From NCBI GenBank assembly GCA_002633005.1, contig NMRA01000451.1, forward strand, positions 306,808 through 370,807: a stretch of DNA of 64,000 nucleotides, read 5' to 3'. Source of the DNA: Phoronis australis (lineage: Eukaryota > Animalia > Phoronida). Below are positions 11,287 through 26,200 of this stretch, piece by piece; the first letter of the stretch is position 1, and each line of letters starts with the position of its first letter. A program made the translations under genes and the position numbers. The notes under the pieces were generated by a model. That model made no database searches and was not told where the DNA came from. It worked only from the letters and a program-made list of their open reading frames with translations.

Positions 11287-14200
11287 CTGTAAGTGTCCAC
11301 AAGACAGTGACAATTAAGACACTGGACATCCTCGAAATTTGCCAGTTGACATTGTCAACATTTTATGTCGTTGCGGCAGGCCACGCACTTGTTAGTATTT
11401 TTGTTAAAGAATGAGATGTATTGGAAGGTGACCTTGGCAACTTTGCCTGCATGATGATAGTTCTTGCAAGTACAAGTCAAGCTATTGCGGACGGAGTGCC
11501 AACGAATAGCGAACAACAAATGTGCTCAACCTAATGTACATGTACACCAACGACATCCTCAGGAAATCATAACAGACAATACATGTATGAGCATTCTGAA
11601 TATTCTTCTAATGATATTCCTCATACTCAGTTGTTTCGTACATGGGACTAACTTTTCTGAGCACGTCTGGTTTACTACTTTCCGCCAGTAAAATGAGAGT
11701 AAATGTGTGAACTCAAAATACTTGTGTTTATTTATCGCAAATGGCGAAACCGGAAGGGCTAACAAAAATAGTCAAACGAATAACTCGCGTAAAATAATAA
11801 ACCGGAAACCAATAGTGGCGTTCCTTGATATTCCAGTTATTACTTAAGCACCATTTACCTTGTTGTTGTTTTTGTCCAACATAACTAACTTCCACCTGAC
11901 TACCCGTTCTTCTAAGGAATAGTCGGGGTTGTCTTCCGGTCTCTTGCGCGGATCCGTGCTACCATTGTGCAGATATGACATCATTTCCGCCGTTAACGTG
12001 TCTAGCAGTTCCTGCAGGAACGGAGCTTTGGCACTGGTCGGACAACCTTGAGGGAAGTAACACACGCGTAATCGCAACTGTTGTATTAGTGTCATTTGAT
12101 GATGAGGAAACTTGAGCTTACGTGTGTTCACTTGTTACTAATATTGTCGACAAGTTAAACTAACAGGCCCATTGATCACGTCTTTCCGGGTGAAGTGGAT
12201 CATACGATATATCCCAATTGCACTGTGTATGAATCAAGCTACTACAGTAAGCCGTTGTTTTGATATCCTATACGTGCACGCCAATTATATTAAGGCGTAA
12301 TCTATTAACGGGTTTGAGTTCTTTTACTTATTGAAGCATCTCAAAATTTTTATAGAAAATGGGTAAAGTTTGAAATAAATAAAAGAATCTCAGGAAAATT
12401 ACCGTCAGCGGGTGTGCAGAACTACCAGCCCTACTGGCGACGGCGCTAACTAAAAGTTCAAAAGCTGTCGTCTAACACAGCAACAATTGTTACCTATCAA
12501 AATTCACCACACTTTTACCTTTATACGCATTCTTGGGTGTCTTTTTGCCGCCTTTTCTAGGTGGTTTACCGTCGCAGACCGGCATTACCTTGTGAGTGGC
12601 GGTCCCAGGGATTGGTCTTCCTGTGTTCTCATTGGCGCACCAACAGAAGCTTGTAGAATCGTGACATTGCTCTTTTCGATACTTCCCGTTGTCTTGGCAA
12701 CGTGGTATGTAAATTCCACTGGCCGGGTTTGCTTTGTTTGCTTCTTCAGCTACGCGTCTTTCTTCGTTACAGTCGTTTAGTTCTGCAGAAACGGTTTTGA
12801 TTCACAACAGTCGTAATATCTATTGACAGTTTTACTTACGCTTAGAAGCTGTGAGTTATGCATTATCCGTGATCAATAGAGGGCAACTAACTGGTGCTTA
12901 GAATTATTGCATCCTATAAGAAGCAAAGCACCACTGAAATTACTCACTGTCTTCGTTGTCGGATCCCCTCTCATCCGCAGGGTCTTTCCTACGTCCTGGC
13001 TTCAGTCCTATCCTCTGGCGATTTCCTAGAGTTGGGCCGCTGCTGGATGTGTGGAAGCTGTCGTCTGAAATGAGATGTTCACTATCATACAGTTGTATAC
13101 AAAGCACATTGACTTCCTTGGAGGGCTCAAGCCTGCCCACGCACAAAATTCTTCTCTCGTGCACGATATTGCACTCTCACGGACGCATATTCCCCACTCT
13201 CGGACCGTTATCCTGTCTCGCAGACTAACCTTGTTCCATCACGTTATTCCTTGCCCGTGGTGCAACTTCCTCCGCTTAGTCACAAACTCGTCGATCGAGT
13301 TGCGGCGCTACTTTTGTTGCTGTTCATTTTTTCAATAAATTAATTGAATGGCTTGTAAAATCGAACAAAAATAGCCTTCATTTCTCTACATAATGTGAAA
13401 GTCATCCCGTTTACCAAATTTCTTTGCAAAAATTATGGTACACTTTATCAAAAGCCCGTGCTCACCGGATAACGGCATACGAGGACAACCGACAAGCATT
13501 GTGGAAAGTGAGTTCAACAGGATTTTTGCTGTGTTTTAACCACGTTGTCAATATCCGAATAATTTGGTGGAAGTCACTCCTGTAAAAAACTTGTTGAATA
13601 CGCGATTAATAATTTCCATCGAACTTCTCTCCAGCTCTCTGTATCTTTGACGGTCGTTCGCAGCGCAACAATAGAGCAAACGGCCAAGAGACATAAATAA
13701 CAGCAAGATTTCGAAACTGTTTTTGTCTTGTCCTTGAGCAAAAATTAAATCACAGAGTCAAAAGAATACATTACGTGACCCACTCAGTGCTAGCCAATTG
13801 CGGCGAGGAAATTTATACCTACTTGGGAAACAAAGTCATCGTGCAATTTACAGGGATGCGCTCTGTTTTCATAGTATGTGCGCTGCTGTTGGTTTCCATC
13901 TGAGTGGCTTCGTCGCATATTCTTGTAACCTTGTGTCATTTTACTTTTGCTTAAAGATGAGACCAGAACAGTCTCGAAATATAGCTGTCATTAGTCATGT
14001 CGTTAGTTTTCTTATGTCTCTTGGCCGTCTGCTTTATTGTTGCGCTGCGAACCGTCGGCCCTCAAACAGAGAGATCAAGCGAATTTCGTTGAAAAATACT
14101 AATTGTGAGCATTGCGTGGTCAACAGCTTTTTTTCTATATTGTTAATACATGAACACTTGATTTGTTATTGTTTTCATTCTATATCTCAAAGGACGTAGT

Positions 14201-17200
14201 TGTAATATGATTGCGTCTAAAATCGAGAATTATCGAAAAATTGACCGGAATGTGTTCTCTGAGAAGAGCATTTTCACATTAACTGATTTGTGCGTAAAGA
14301 TTTTATATCAGGTTACGCAAAATGGCCCAAGAGAAGATCAGTTTGTGAGGGTAAAGAATAACTCCCGTTATTGGAATAATGTGCGGGGTTGGTCCATTCG
14401 CGAGCAAAGAAATATGTCCGCAAGAAGCGAAAAGGGTTTCGGGAGGGGTAAATATGCCCCCGTGAGGGGAAAAGTGTACGCGAGAGAAAAATTTTGTGCG
14501 TGGGCAGCTGAGAGGCGTGCGCGGGAAGAGAAGTCCAAGTGCCTTCATATAGCTACTGTTTACCGCAATAAACGATTACTGAGACGGTTTGTCATCCGAA
14601 CGCGGTTTCAGAAAGGACCAGCGAGTGCTTTACGGGGATGAAGGATGGTCTGCGAGAAACATTTGAAATACTAAAAGAGGACTGTGACAATAACCTGACA
14701 ACCACTGTGCGCCTTATGTTTAAAAGGTTTTTAAAAAATCTTTTGCCATCATTGACACGTAGACTAAGCAAAGACAGTGTACAACAAAAGTTTATAGACT
14801 GCAGAGAACAGGCCAGGTGGCCATCTTACCCTCCAAGATGACAACTAGAACACAGTTTGTTTGCCTAATGTGTGAGCTACTGTTGATTGTTAAAGAAGAT
14901 ACCTCGTTCAGTGCAACAAAGGAAGAGAAACTAGAGTGCACAGTAGCGTTTACCTGCGGACCTGTCGGTGACATGTCTACCAAGAGCCAACGTACCAAGA
15001 ATCCTAATGCTGGCCACAAGAGCTCGCAACAGAACTTTAAGTAACAGTTTGCTCTCTTTGCCGTTGTCTTACCATTAGGGTCTCTTCTGTCTTGTCCACT
15101 GGCCGTCCCAGTCTCCAAATCCTCAAGGACTAAGAACAATTGGACACTGTTGTGTTATCCAATGACAGTGACAAATGGAATAATGTAACGTGGGCTGTAC
15201 TTTGCCTCTTGTGCTTTAGGTCACACCGTCAGCTTTATAGTGTTGCATGACGTAGACGCATACACACGTAAAGCATATGTACACCAAAAACGTTAATGTG
15301 GGACATTTATTGTAACAACCTGAGCTCAGTCTCGAGAGAAGTGCCATTCTCTGGTAAAATAGTGGCCGAATCTCCCAGGTCTTCAGTAGGCAGAAGCAGG
15401 GGTAAAAGCGAGTCAAGGGGCAGACACCGGACAAACAGGGTACTACGGGATTTAGGTCACCGCTAGCAAAGCATGGGAACGTGCCACCGATCGCTTGCCA
15501 ATACAGCCTTTGGTAGACGATCAGACAGGTCAACTTACCTGGAGTGGTAGTCAGTCTTGGGTCTGCTTTCCAGACAAGGGTGACGTAACAGACGGATATA
15601 GTTACCAGTAAATCTCGTGTGTCACTTTACCTGTAGGTTGTTAATTGGTTACTAACCTCGCGTCTCTAGCCCTTGGCATATTTTTCATATTGTTTACTTG
15701 CGTTCCGTGAACGGAATAAAATATTTTACTCGCCTCATATGTACTGTAGGTGGCGTCCCATGCGGCATCAACATCCACGCGTCTTTCTAGATACTGCATT
15801 TTAGTTCGTGGAGAAATTCAAAGACGTGGAGATTCTCAAGCAAAAGAAAGGTTAAAAGAAGGCTACAGCTACCGGCAAACTGGATGATGCATGCCAACCA
15901 TCGAATGCGACTAACACGGCTACTTAAATGTCGACTCACCTCGGCGAATCTGAGTGCCAAGCGGTCTTTCATTGGCTTTAAATCTAGGCTGCTCATCTGA
16001 ATTGAGTGATAAAAATAAACGAAACATGGGTGTGCAGTGATATTCTTTACAGCTCAATACTTTGCTCGTGACCCGGCATAGTCATATAGCATTCTACAAG
16101 TGTCAAATCCATGCGTCATATGCTAAGACTGTTCCACGTTATAAGTTACAGACTGGTCCAAAGGCGTTTTTTTAAGCTGTATCAGAACTGACAGACTGCT
16201 CTACAAAATGCTGACAGGTGTATTTTTACGGGATCAGTTAATAATAATAGTAATAATATTAATCATATTAATATTAAGAATAATAACAATAATACTAATA
16301 ATGCTAATAACATTAGTAATAATAGTCATGATAAATATGTACTTGGTGCCCAAGACTCCTCAAAATTCGACCTACTGAGAAGGAAACTTTTTTAGCAAAC
16401 TCGAATTTTTGGATTTGCGGTAGTCTGACAAACTGGGGGCGTTCTTTTTAAGACACTTAGTAGCATTTTCTGTCGGCGAATGTTGAACTTCTTAAAGGTA
16501 ATCACTCCTCTCTGTGAAAATGTTTGAAATTATGTTGCGTTATCTTGAAATGCTCAGTTTCATAATTTTGATTTGTATGTGATTTACCACTGCAACTAAT
16601 TGAGTATACTAACTGCAGCCGAGCGAAGCATTACTCTTGCCGCGGGCATGCCAAGAAACACTTGATCAACCTCATAAAATACATTCATGAACTAAACTCG
16701 TTTCCTTGTGGCTAACACGAAGTTTGAACATACACATGCACGCAAGTGCGCGCTCATACACACTAAGCACTCCAGAGTTTTTGAATAGGTCTCTGTCAAG
16801 AGTTTGCGACGCAATTATGTTTTTTGCGTTCTCTTGAAAGCGTGACTGACGTTTGGCAGTCGGGCAAAGTAAAGGTTATACAGTGCAATTGTTCCGGCCT
16901 ATCAAGCGAAAGTTGCACGCTAAAAGCCAGATGCCCCGGGGCCCGTACGGATAAAATAATGACAGTCCACCAGGAGTCGTTTGCGAAGGCTAGAAAGCTC
17001 AGCTCACTACAACCAAATAATTTAATAGAGCACATTAATGTTAGAAATTAGAACTGACGGAATACTGGTTAAAGGGCATTTGATGTGAAACGTGAAGCGA
17101 AGTAACAAGCTACAAACTTAATGTAACGAATATAAGCTACTAAGGACGAAAGCTACAAGCAAGCAGAGACGGCACAAGCATACATGTACCAATGATCAAC

Positions 17201-20200
17201 TCTAAAAGCTTTAAGCAGGACAGACTACTGAACGCGCACGACCCTGAGTCACTCATTCGGCAGACTGCCACTATTTTTCCAATGGCAATCGTTTGGATTG
17301 TAGGTCTAATTTCGCACGTTTCTGCGCATGGGTAGAGGACATTCAGGTGACCAATGCCAAATGAACAATGTGAATTCTTTTATGAACAAGTTGTAATAAC
17401 ACGTAAAGCTTGTTGGGTAATTAGTTCCAACTAACAAAAGACAATAACTACGCTTTATTTGAATGCCGGGGAAATTAAATGGAAATGAAATTACAATAGG
17501 ACAATTAAATCTGTAGTGTCACTAAGATAATATAGGTGAGTCTCATCAGTTAAAACTTTACAACTTCATTCAAAACAGCCCGGCTACAATTTCAGAACAT
17601 AAACCGCTGTTAAACAATTGCCGATTGTGAGATAACTTACCTCCCTTGAAATCAACACCCAAGCACAAAGACCATTCTTTCCGTTTAATTCCGCCGTCTC
17701 CATTCAGATCACAATAATTGACAAAGGTTTTAGCACATGCTTTTGGTTTCATAACTTGTCGCACCATCTTTTTCAACGATTTAAGTTCACGTGATTTCAA
17801 CGTTCCGTCTTTGTCGTTATCTAGCTCTGTGAACTTCCATTCAATAACTTTTTTCTCGGGGGACGCAAGTATCGATTTCTCCTCCGCGGCTCGGATGGGT
17901 AAGCCATCTGCAGAAAATGGAATGAATCTTTCTGTGGTTGCAGACCAGACGAAACGTTCAGGAATCCTGACAGCTATTTTACACGCTGATTTTTAAAAGT
18001 TTATGTAGGAAATTATGCTTTTTCTTGAACTTAGATAAAACGCTTAAACATACATGTACGTATATACTCAAGTATGAGACCGGAAAATGTCTCCCAAACT
18101 TACATAGGCCCCCAAGTCGGAGAGAAGTCTTATTGGCAATTCCAGATTATCCAGTAAGCGTAACTGCAGGTTATTAGTACTCAGTGGTGGATCTACGGGG
18201 GGGTTCAGGGGGTTTAAACCCCCCCTCGGGCCAGGACCCAAAAATCAAAAATAAACAAAAGCGTATCCAGCAAAACAAAAACGGCACCGCCAGCGCGTGT
18301 AAACCCCAAGTAAACCAACTTGGAAAAAATTGAGGGGGGTTCACTCTGAAAATATAGTTTTTTGCATTGTGAATTGCTGAGTTGTGGCTCATCGGCAAAA
18401 CGCGCGGGGATTAATTGTGCGCGCGCTTCCGTCGACACTTCTGAAGTAGCCAAGTATTTTAGATGGATTCACCGCTGAAAGAGCAGTTCTATAGCTGATT
18501 TCTTTAGGTAACTAGCTTCTTTACTCTAAGATATATTTTGATTTGATTAGGGGAAATACTGCGGTGCCGCAACCCTGATATTCAGGCGAATTGACGTGCA
18601 ACGTTTTTACCTCATCTGTCATGCCGTGTCATTCTATTACACTCCACACGTTTGTAACTGATGTATAGTAAAGTTGTCTTGCGCAATATCATACAGTGTA
18701 CATGTACATGTAATATTGTGTACATGTACATGTAATATTTTTGAAAAAAAATCTTTTTCCGAAGAATTGCTATTGTGGCGGGCGCCGTGGTCTGGTCGCG
18801 AGTCCGTTTGAAGACACACTCTATAACAAGTTATGTCTATACAAGGAATGACCAAGGGGGCACTCACATTGAGAAAGTGACCGCATTCGCGAAAAGTGTA
18901 CAGTACCAGAAATTGCGGGGAGGCTGTTCTTTCACAACAAAGTCTTGCGGGACTCGTGCAATGTTCAATAGGCCTCCTAAGGAGCCCTAGTTCCGACCTC
19001 AACACCTACCGTCTGTCTACCTGCAATAAGCACACTGCCGTCTTCTATACTGGGAATTTCCGCAGAAAGGCTCACCCGATGAAACGCTCATGCCCATGGG
19101 CATTTATTTGATATTAGTACTTCGGGTTTCAAGCGTTCAGACATTGGGACGTTTATTTCGAAAATTGCAAGAGATGCAAATAGGTCCTGGGATGCTTCGT
19201 CAAGGTTTGAAGTAGTCCATGATGAACGGATCAAATTTAGTTGCGCATGTAAGTCTTTTGAATGGACTTGGCAACCTCAAGGGTCTCAGTGTCAACTGAG
19301 CTGCGAAACGAGATGCTGACATTGTAGAGGCTTACAAGCTCATTGACACAGCAGTTGACGAAGTGCAAGCGTTGGGAACAAATATCAAAGATATCTGGGT
19401 AGAATGGTTGCAAGACGAGCAAATCATTGGATCCGATATACAAATTACTCGGCAGTCTAGACAACAGAAGGATAGGACTAACGTATGAGTAACCACTGGG
19501 GATTAAAATTTTAGAGAAAAGTTTTCAATTCAAAATTTTTTTGCATAGTACACTTTAGATCTCGCGACGGACCAGGCCAGCTTGATTCGTGTAAATGTTG
19601 AGTTTCAGTGTACTTCTGGTCCCTCGGCGAACTAGTCTTGTGATTTTTTTACCAAAGTGTGCTTTGTAAAACTATTTATCTCAGCCAGTAATGTTTGGTC
19701 CCGCGACAGATCGACTATTTTTATAGGGATAATAAGCACAGGTGTACTGTTGGTCTCGTGATGGACCAGGTCAGCTTTTTGTGTACTCGCAGAGTACATC
19801 TGGTCCCTCTGCAAACTAGTCCAGAGTATCTTTTCACCACTGTGCACAGGATGTTTTGGTTTCGTGAAACTGTTTTCAGATGATTTGTTTCCTGGTAGAT
19901 TTGACGTTTTTCAATTGTTGTCAACGTGATTCAGCTTAATAAAGTAATACCTAATGATTTATTGTCGCTTTTAATAATAGACTATGAGTTGAGAATACCA
20001 TCGTTCGCCAGTTTTTCTCGTAACGAGACAGAACACATGTTTATTTCCGGACTAACAGTACAGGTCTTCGTTCTTAAACAACTGGAGGCTGCTGTTACGC
20101 GATCATTTGAGAATCAAGTTTTTATGCCCTGTCGGTGCTCCTTAATTATGCTCTTGAATATTTGGAAATTGTCTAAACCCCTGTATACACACCACACTTT

Positions 20201-23200
20201 TTCGTATACGACTTTTCGTATGCTAAAATACGTGTGTGTAAGCAGATGTTCCAACAAAAAATTTTGCTGGTGGCGTGACTCATACCCAGATGTGCACAAT
20301 ATGGTTTCACGAAACTTATGAGCCAAGTTCATGTGACGAAATCGAGAAGAGTTTTTAATTATCTTAAGAAAAACTCCAGAGACATGTTAAGTGTCAGAAA
20401 CTGACCAGGATGCATGGAAATTTCACTATTTGGCTACAAAAACAAAAAAATATCTTACACGGGAGGGGAAACCCCCCTGCCGACCTTCCACCGCTCGGCG
20501 CCACGCGCCTAGGATTCGACCTTGGCGGGAATCTTAAACCCCTCCCTTGCTGAAAACGTAGATCCGCCACTGAGTAGCCCGCATATACCGAGGATTTTGT
20601 CTTGCAACTACAGGCCCGTCGCTTGATACTGCATTTGGGGTGGATGTCGAAGCCATTTGGGTGGCTGAAAATTGTGGCCACTAGTGGGACATCTTGAAAA
20701 CTGTGTCCACGGAAGAATTCGTGGCAATCGGGGCAAAGGAGCCACTCAAATCACCAGAAAGCCGTGAAAAACCTTAGTCCGGCACTGCTTATAAAATACT
20801 CAACAATATAGATACAGAGTTTCGTACGTATACAAATATACCCGTAGATCTATAGAGGGGGTTTCGTACAGTGCTGAATCATTAGTCTTCCGATCTAGCA
20901 GATTTTATGTCCGAGTATTTACGGTATCCAATTAAACAGAGAAAGAAAAATTAAGCGCTAATACTTGGCGTAGTAAACTAATTTCTCGACACCTGTTGTT
21001 TCGCTTTGAAACTAGGCTCTGTTCATGTTTCAAATTCTTGCACAAGCAAATCAAAGCGCATCAAAAATATGCTGCCCTGTTTTAAACACCTACCTGGAAA
21101 TATACCGTGCGGATCTATTTTTGAAGTTGGTCGCGGTATTCGAGAGAATTCTTCCGAAAACAGGTCAATCAAATTTTTGTTAAAATCGGTTCTCTGTTTT
21201 GACGAGCAGCCTGAAAATAGAAGGTGACAATTACGTCAAGTTTAAGAAACTCCACGGTCGACATAACTTTAGTATCAATTCATTTGGTTTCATTTTATTT
21301 TATTTTACTTTATTTTATTTTGTAGCTATCAAGATCTTGATAATTGTAGTTCAGCAAGAATTCTGGTATTATATTATATTAACTACGCACATGTAAAAAT
21401 AAACGCGCATTCGCGCTGCAGAAGCGACTAATAGAGCTACGCGTATCTCCGTTGTCAACTTTGTCGAATGTCCGTGAGAAAGTCGTATCCTGGCGAAAAC
21501 TGGAAAGGAATCTTTGCTGATTGTTTTACAAACAAAATCGCCCCGTGAGGCCTAATACAGAGTAAAAACATGACTTTCAAGCTTATGCAAAAGCAGTTAT
21601 TGGCAATGACATTTAATAGCAGTAAAATGACAAAACTTTTCACGAGAATATTCATGTTTGAATACATACATCTACACACCCTGTCAGACGTTTGGTGTTC
21701 CTTGGTGATTGCTGTAGTTTTCTGCGTAGCCATTTATTGTATTTATAGTCACTGATGATGCTTGACTGGAGTTCAGCGAAACGTCTGGTAGTATATATAT
21801 CCAAATATACATGTTCTCGTGAAAAGTTTTGTCGTTTTAGTCATGGTTTTATGTCTTCCAACCACCAAGATGGCCATTTGTCCCTTGCATTAGTGGTCTT
21901 TTGCCTTTTTATAGCTTCCACTTGACGGCATCAACATAGCAATACGGGAAAATGCTGAAGAAAAATTCCGCTTAGTTCCTTCACGTCCGTGAGAGAACAA
22001 GCAAATGCAGCAGAACAAAAAGTACCGTAAGCTCTTACCTTTGCACCCAGGACAGGATCTTGGATTGCCACCTACTGAAATAAAACAACCGATGATAATC
22101 ACATGAATGATATATCATCAAACTGCATCTAATTGGACTTGACGTTTACTACGTCACCAAGCCGCAGTCTAGACAGTCACATTTATGAATAAGCTTATCT
22201 TCTTTTTAAAGTAGGTGAAATATTTCTTGCAGCAGCCACAGATCCGGAATTTATGCGGACATGGAGAATGCTGTCTTTGCTCACGTACATAGCGAGCTAG
22301 TGTCGTTAACTGGCTATCGCAGCGTGGTATACTCTTGCACAAGCGTTTTGTCCACTCTTAACAGGCGTAGTGTTTGTTTGTATATTGTCACAACAATTAA
22401 AATTCCTTTTGACAAATACAACATGTCAATGACCAAATATCCAAGCTTAATTATAACCCCTGAGAGTTTGACACTATGTAAAACAATATTTCAAAGGCAT
22501 TATTAAATTATTCTATCCAAGAATTGAAAGCGTTAACAACTTTAACTTTTTCGCTAACTATGATACAAAGGACCGGTGTTGAGAGCGCCATTGTCGTTTT
22601 ATTAGACACTTGGCGAAAAACGCATGAACCAATTCCCATGATTTCACGCTGTGCTTGTTACAACAGTGAATTTGTGTTTAGTCTTGCGACAGTCCCACCG
22701 TTCCTGCCATTTCTGAAAGAATCGCTCAACGCAAGTTTACATCGAACAGCACAGGCAAATTCCAGACAGAATTAGTTTTTCCTAAAAAGTATTTTAAGGA
22801 ACACGCTTGCACTAAATAATTGTGCTGTCGGTGCAAGTTAAAGAGACACAGTCGGTTTTAGAGTCGAAAAACGCTTTGTGGGATTATGTGGGATTATTGT
22901 TGGGTAGATTTTGTGAAGTTATTATCTTAGACTTGAGCTATAACACAGCAAAATCCATTGTGATTTGTGGTTTTATTAGAAATCACCTATTCTAGATGTT
23001 GGCTTCCAGTCATTCAGCAAAATCAATTGAAACTGAGGCCGATGACCTTAAAATAATCGGCTACTTTAGTTGCCGCATTGACTTTTAGCTTTACTAGCAG
23101 AGCGTCGGACTGCGACCGCTGGGTTGTCGGTTCCAATCCATCTTGGCACTGATTGCAAATGCATAACATTGTCGCCGATCATGTCACTTTAAATTGGCAA

Positions 23201-26200
23201 TTTTGACTTGACCGTCACTAGACCTACCTGTAGTTCGTGACACTACGTAGACAAATAAGCAAATTCGACACATAAACCTTACATCTCATTTCAACTATAG
23301 CGCCACTTTGAGCCTCCTTGCATGTGATCGCTATGATAATATATAAATGTCAATTGCAGAACGTATATATGTTTACTTCATCGCTTAACACAACAACACA
23401 ATCTCTGATATGGTTGATATTTGGTAAGTTTCTAATATTCCAATGTTTGTGTCGGAAACGCAATCAAAAATGACTGCGGAAACCTAAAAGTATTTTAAAG
23501 TGAGTTTCGTGGAGCACTGAATCTTAGATTCTTTATTTAAACCCGATTACTTCATCACTTCGTTTTTCGAAGATATCTAATGCAAGACGGCGATGACCGG
23601 AAGTACATTTTGGGAGCCCAAATGCGTAACAACCGTACCTGTCTCGCAGTCCTTGATTTTCGTAGATGATGACGTGCCGGAGATCGGTGCTCCCGAGGGG
23701 TCAACACACCAGTAGAAGCCTGTAGGCGGGTGGTGTTGCGTCTTACTGTAAGTTCCGTCCGGATTACACGAGGGGACGAATGCACCGCTACTTTGCTTTG
23801 CACTTTCTCTCTCCAGCAGGCACTTTGTCTTAAGCCCCGACTTATCTGAGAAACAGAAAGATTGAAGGCTGACAAAATTGACCTTTTCGCGAATTCGAGA
23901 ATATAAATACAGTGGTAGGGATAATTTTAAGTGCGTACCTAGCGTCATTGGCGCATAAAAAATTCCTTGGTGCGTTGCGATTGCTTAAGTCGGTCGCAAT
24001 CATATCTTATTTTGACTTGAATAGTACGCCTTTGCATTCAGATTCTACAAAACTACCAACGTAGACCAGCAGATCATTACTATTGCCTGTGACCAGTAAA
24101 CAATTTGAGTAACACGGGGTCTTGGATAGTGTGAAAATACAGATCCCAATTCTGGATTTATGGGTAAGTTAATGCTGAAATGCAGTTAGCCATAGACCAG
24201 TTACTTGTCACGGAGTTGACGAAATAAGGCACCTGAAAATACCTCCCCTCGCCCGAATAATCAAATAGTCAAAGGATAGAAAATATTAACGTGATCCATA
24301 GGTTCTCCCAATTAGCCCATAGATGTCGAGGTCCAGTGTGTCAGTTGACTCATAGCCCCGTTTTTCCTAAAATGATCTCATCAGTTAATTTAACCAGCAC
24401 CAGTTAACCACGCGGTCACAAGCTTGATGCCATGCGAATCGTCCTCGCTGAAAATCCAATGGACTATGGTCCATCGTAGTGAAGAATTTTTTCTGACCAA
24501 GATTCACTCCATCGAGTAAATGAGAACTAACACCTTCAACCTGGTCCTTATCAACGGCACAGTCTTGTATATCGATATACCACTTCCTGCACGAGAATAA
24601 TAAATATTATTAATAAATCCAAACCAACACGTGCTTCATTATTCTTCGGCTTGTTACTAGTTACACATTTTCGGCAAATTACGAACTCTGATTCATACTT
24701 TTACGAGATCTAAATGAAGGTGCGCCACTTAATACCTTCAGCGTCTATAACAGTTCCTAACAAACACCATCCCAAGAATAGCACCAACATTTCCTGCCGA
24801 CGTTTTTACAGCGACTATTTCGTATTAATTTTCTCCAACTTTTTATACCGTCTAGAGAGAGATTGGTTACGGAGACAACTATACCGGTGTCCCAGCCAGC
24901 GCACGTGTATCGCCCTGGCCCACCTGCGGCGTCAACTCTGACTAGTTGAAATGAATGCCCAGAGTTCAATAGGCGAGTAAAAAACGTAGTTGTTTTCTAA
25001 GTATAGTCTTCATCCTACAGTGGTTAGCGCTGTTGAAAGCCCATCAATTAAATACAGTAGAAGACTAGCGCGCTAGCAGTGTGTACACTCGAGACAAGTT
25101 GATGGGGCTCAGGTGTGTTTACAGTTCTTCTACCTGGTCAGGTGCACCGCCCAGGTACAATATACGCGCCTTTATGGTGACCGCAGCTTTCATAAGAAGG
25201 ATATATTACTTATTAAGAACAGTCTAAGTTTTATTTAAATGCTGTTCAACAGTTTACTCTTGTCCATTACTGTTTATTATTATTATTCTTGTTGTTTACC
25301 AGCACATTATGTAGTGTAATTTTTGGAAATTATTTTCAATTCTTAACAATATTTGAAAACTGTATTTCTGAAATGTAGTTTCTATTAATGACACGCTCTC
25401 TCAGTCTAAAAAGTAACTGCATCTCAAACACTTGATGACGTAATAGTACGTGGTGTTGAGGCAAAATTTTGGGGGTAATTCTAAAGTTCGAGGGTAAATA
25501 CAAACTATTTCGTTCATTTAGCGGAAGCTACGTAGCCCGGATATAGTTTACAAGACCAAGTAGTCTTAGTGCAGCGAAGTGAGATTTAGCTACGATTGAA
25601 AATGTTTAACCTGGTTTGTTTTAACGAAAAACCTTGCAACTAATACTAGCTAAACGGACTTTTTGTATGCAAATTGAAAAGAATGACTGAGCACAACTTC
25701 CTCATGAAAATCACGACTTTATTATGAGACTCAAACATTTTCATTTCTGTCTCTTCGATTTTGATTGACATTTACGACTTCAAAATAGTGAACTTGTGAC
25801 ATAGACATATTTTAACGCTGGCAATCCTATTCAGATCACACTTTAGTTTTCGCAAACACGGTGTACCAAGCAGGCTCTATTTCCGATGCCTGGCCGTTGA
25901 GGCTGACTCTCTGGATCAGCGGTAGTAATTATCTTATATTTAAGTTATATGGTTGAAGTAAATATATTCAGGTGTCGGTTCAGGTGTGTGACCATCTGCG
26001 TTATCGCGACAGGCTTTCTCATCGCACGGCTTCACATGTGGCGACCAGATGAACCGAGCAACACTGCCATGGCTTATGTCAATATTTATCATCGTGACGT
26101 CATCGATTACCCGACCAGCTGACTTGGCGGACTGGTCACAGTAAATTTCATCGCGGCGAGGCAATGAAAACAATTGCTCTATTTTTCTCGGTTGTCATAT

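Noticed and set aside
13798-14841. ORFs of 133, 144 and 67 aa on +
   Set aside because: No recognisable domains or splice structure; they overlap repeat remnants in a SMOC intron
14954-14976. 23-nt SMOC exon candidate (tag|ACATG...GCAG|gtaaac)
   Set aside because: Not a multiple of three; would frameshift the phase-1 chain
15539-15630. 92-nt SMOC exon using the acceptor at 15631
   Set aside because: Stops in all three frames; only the 24-nt version is coding-compatible
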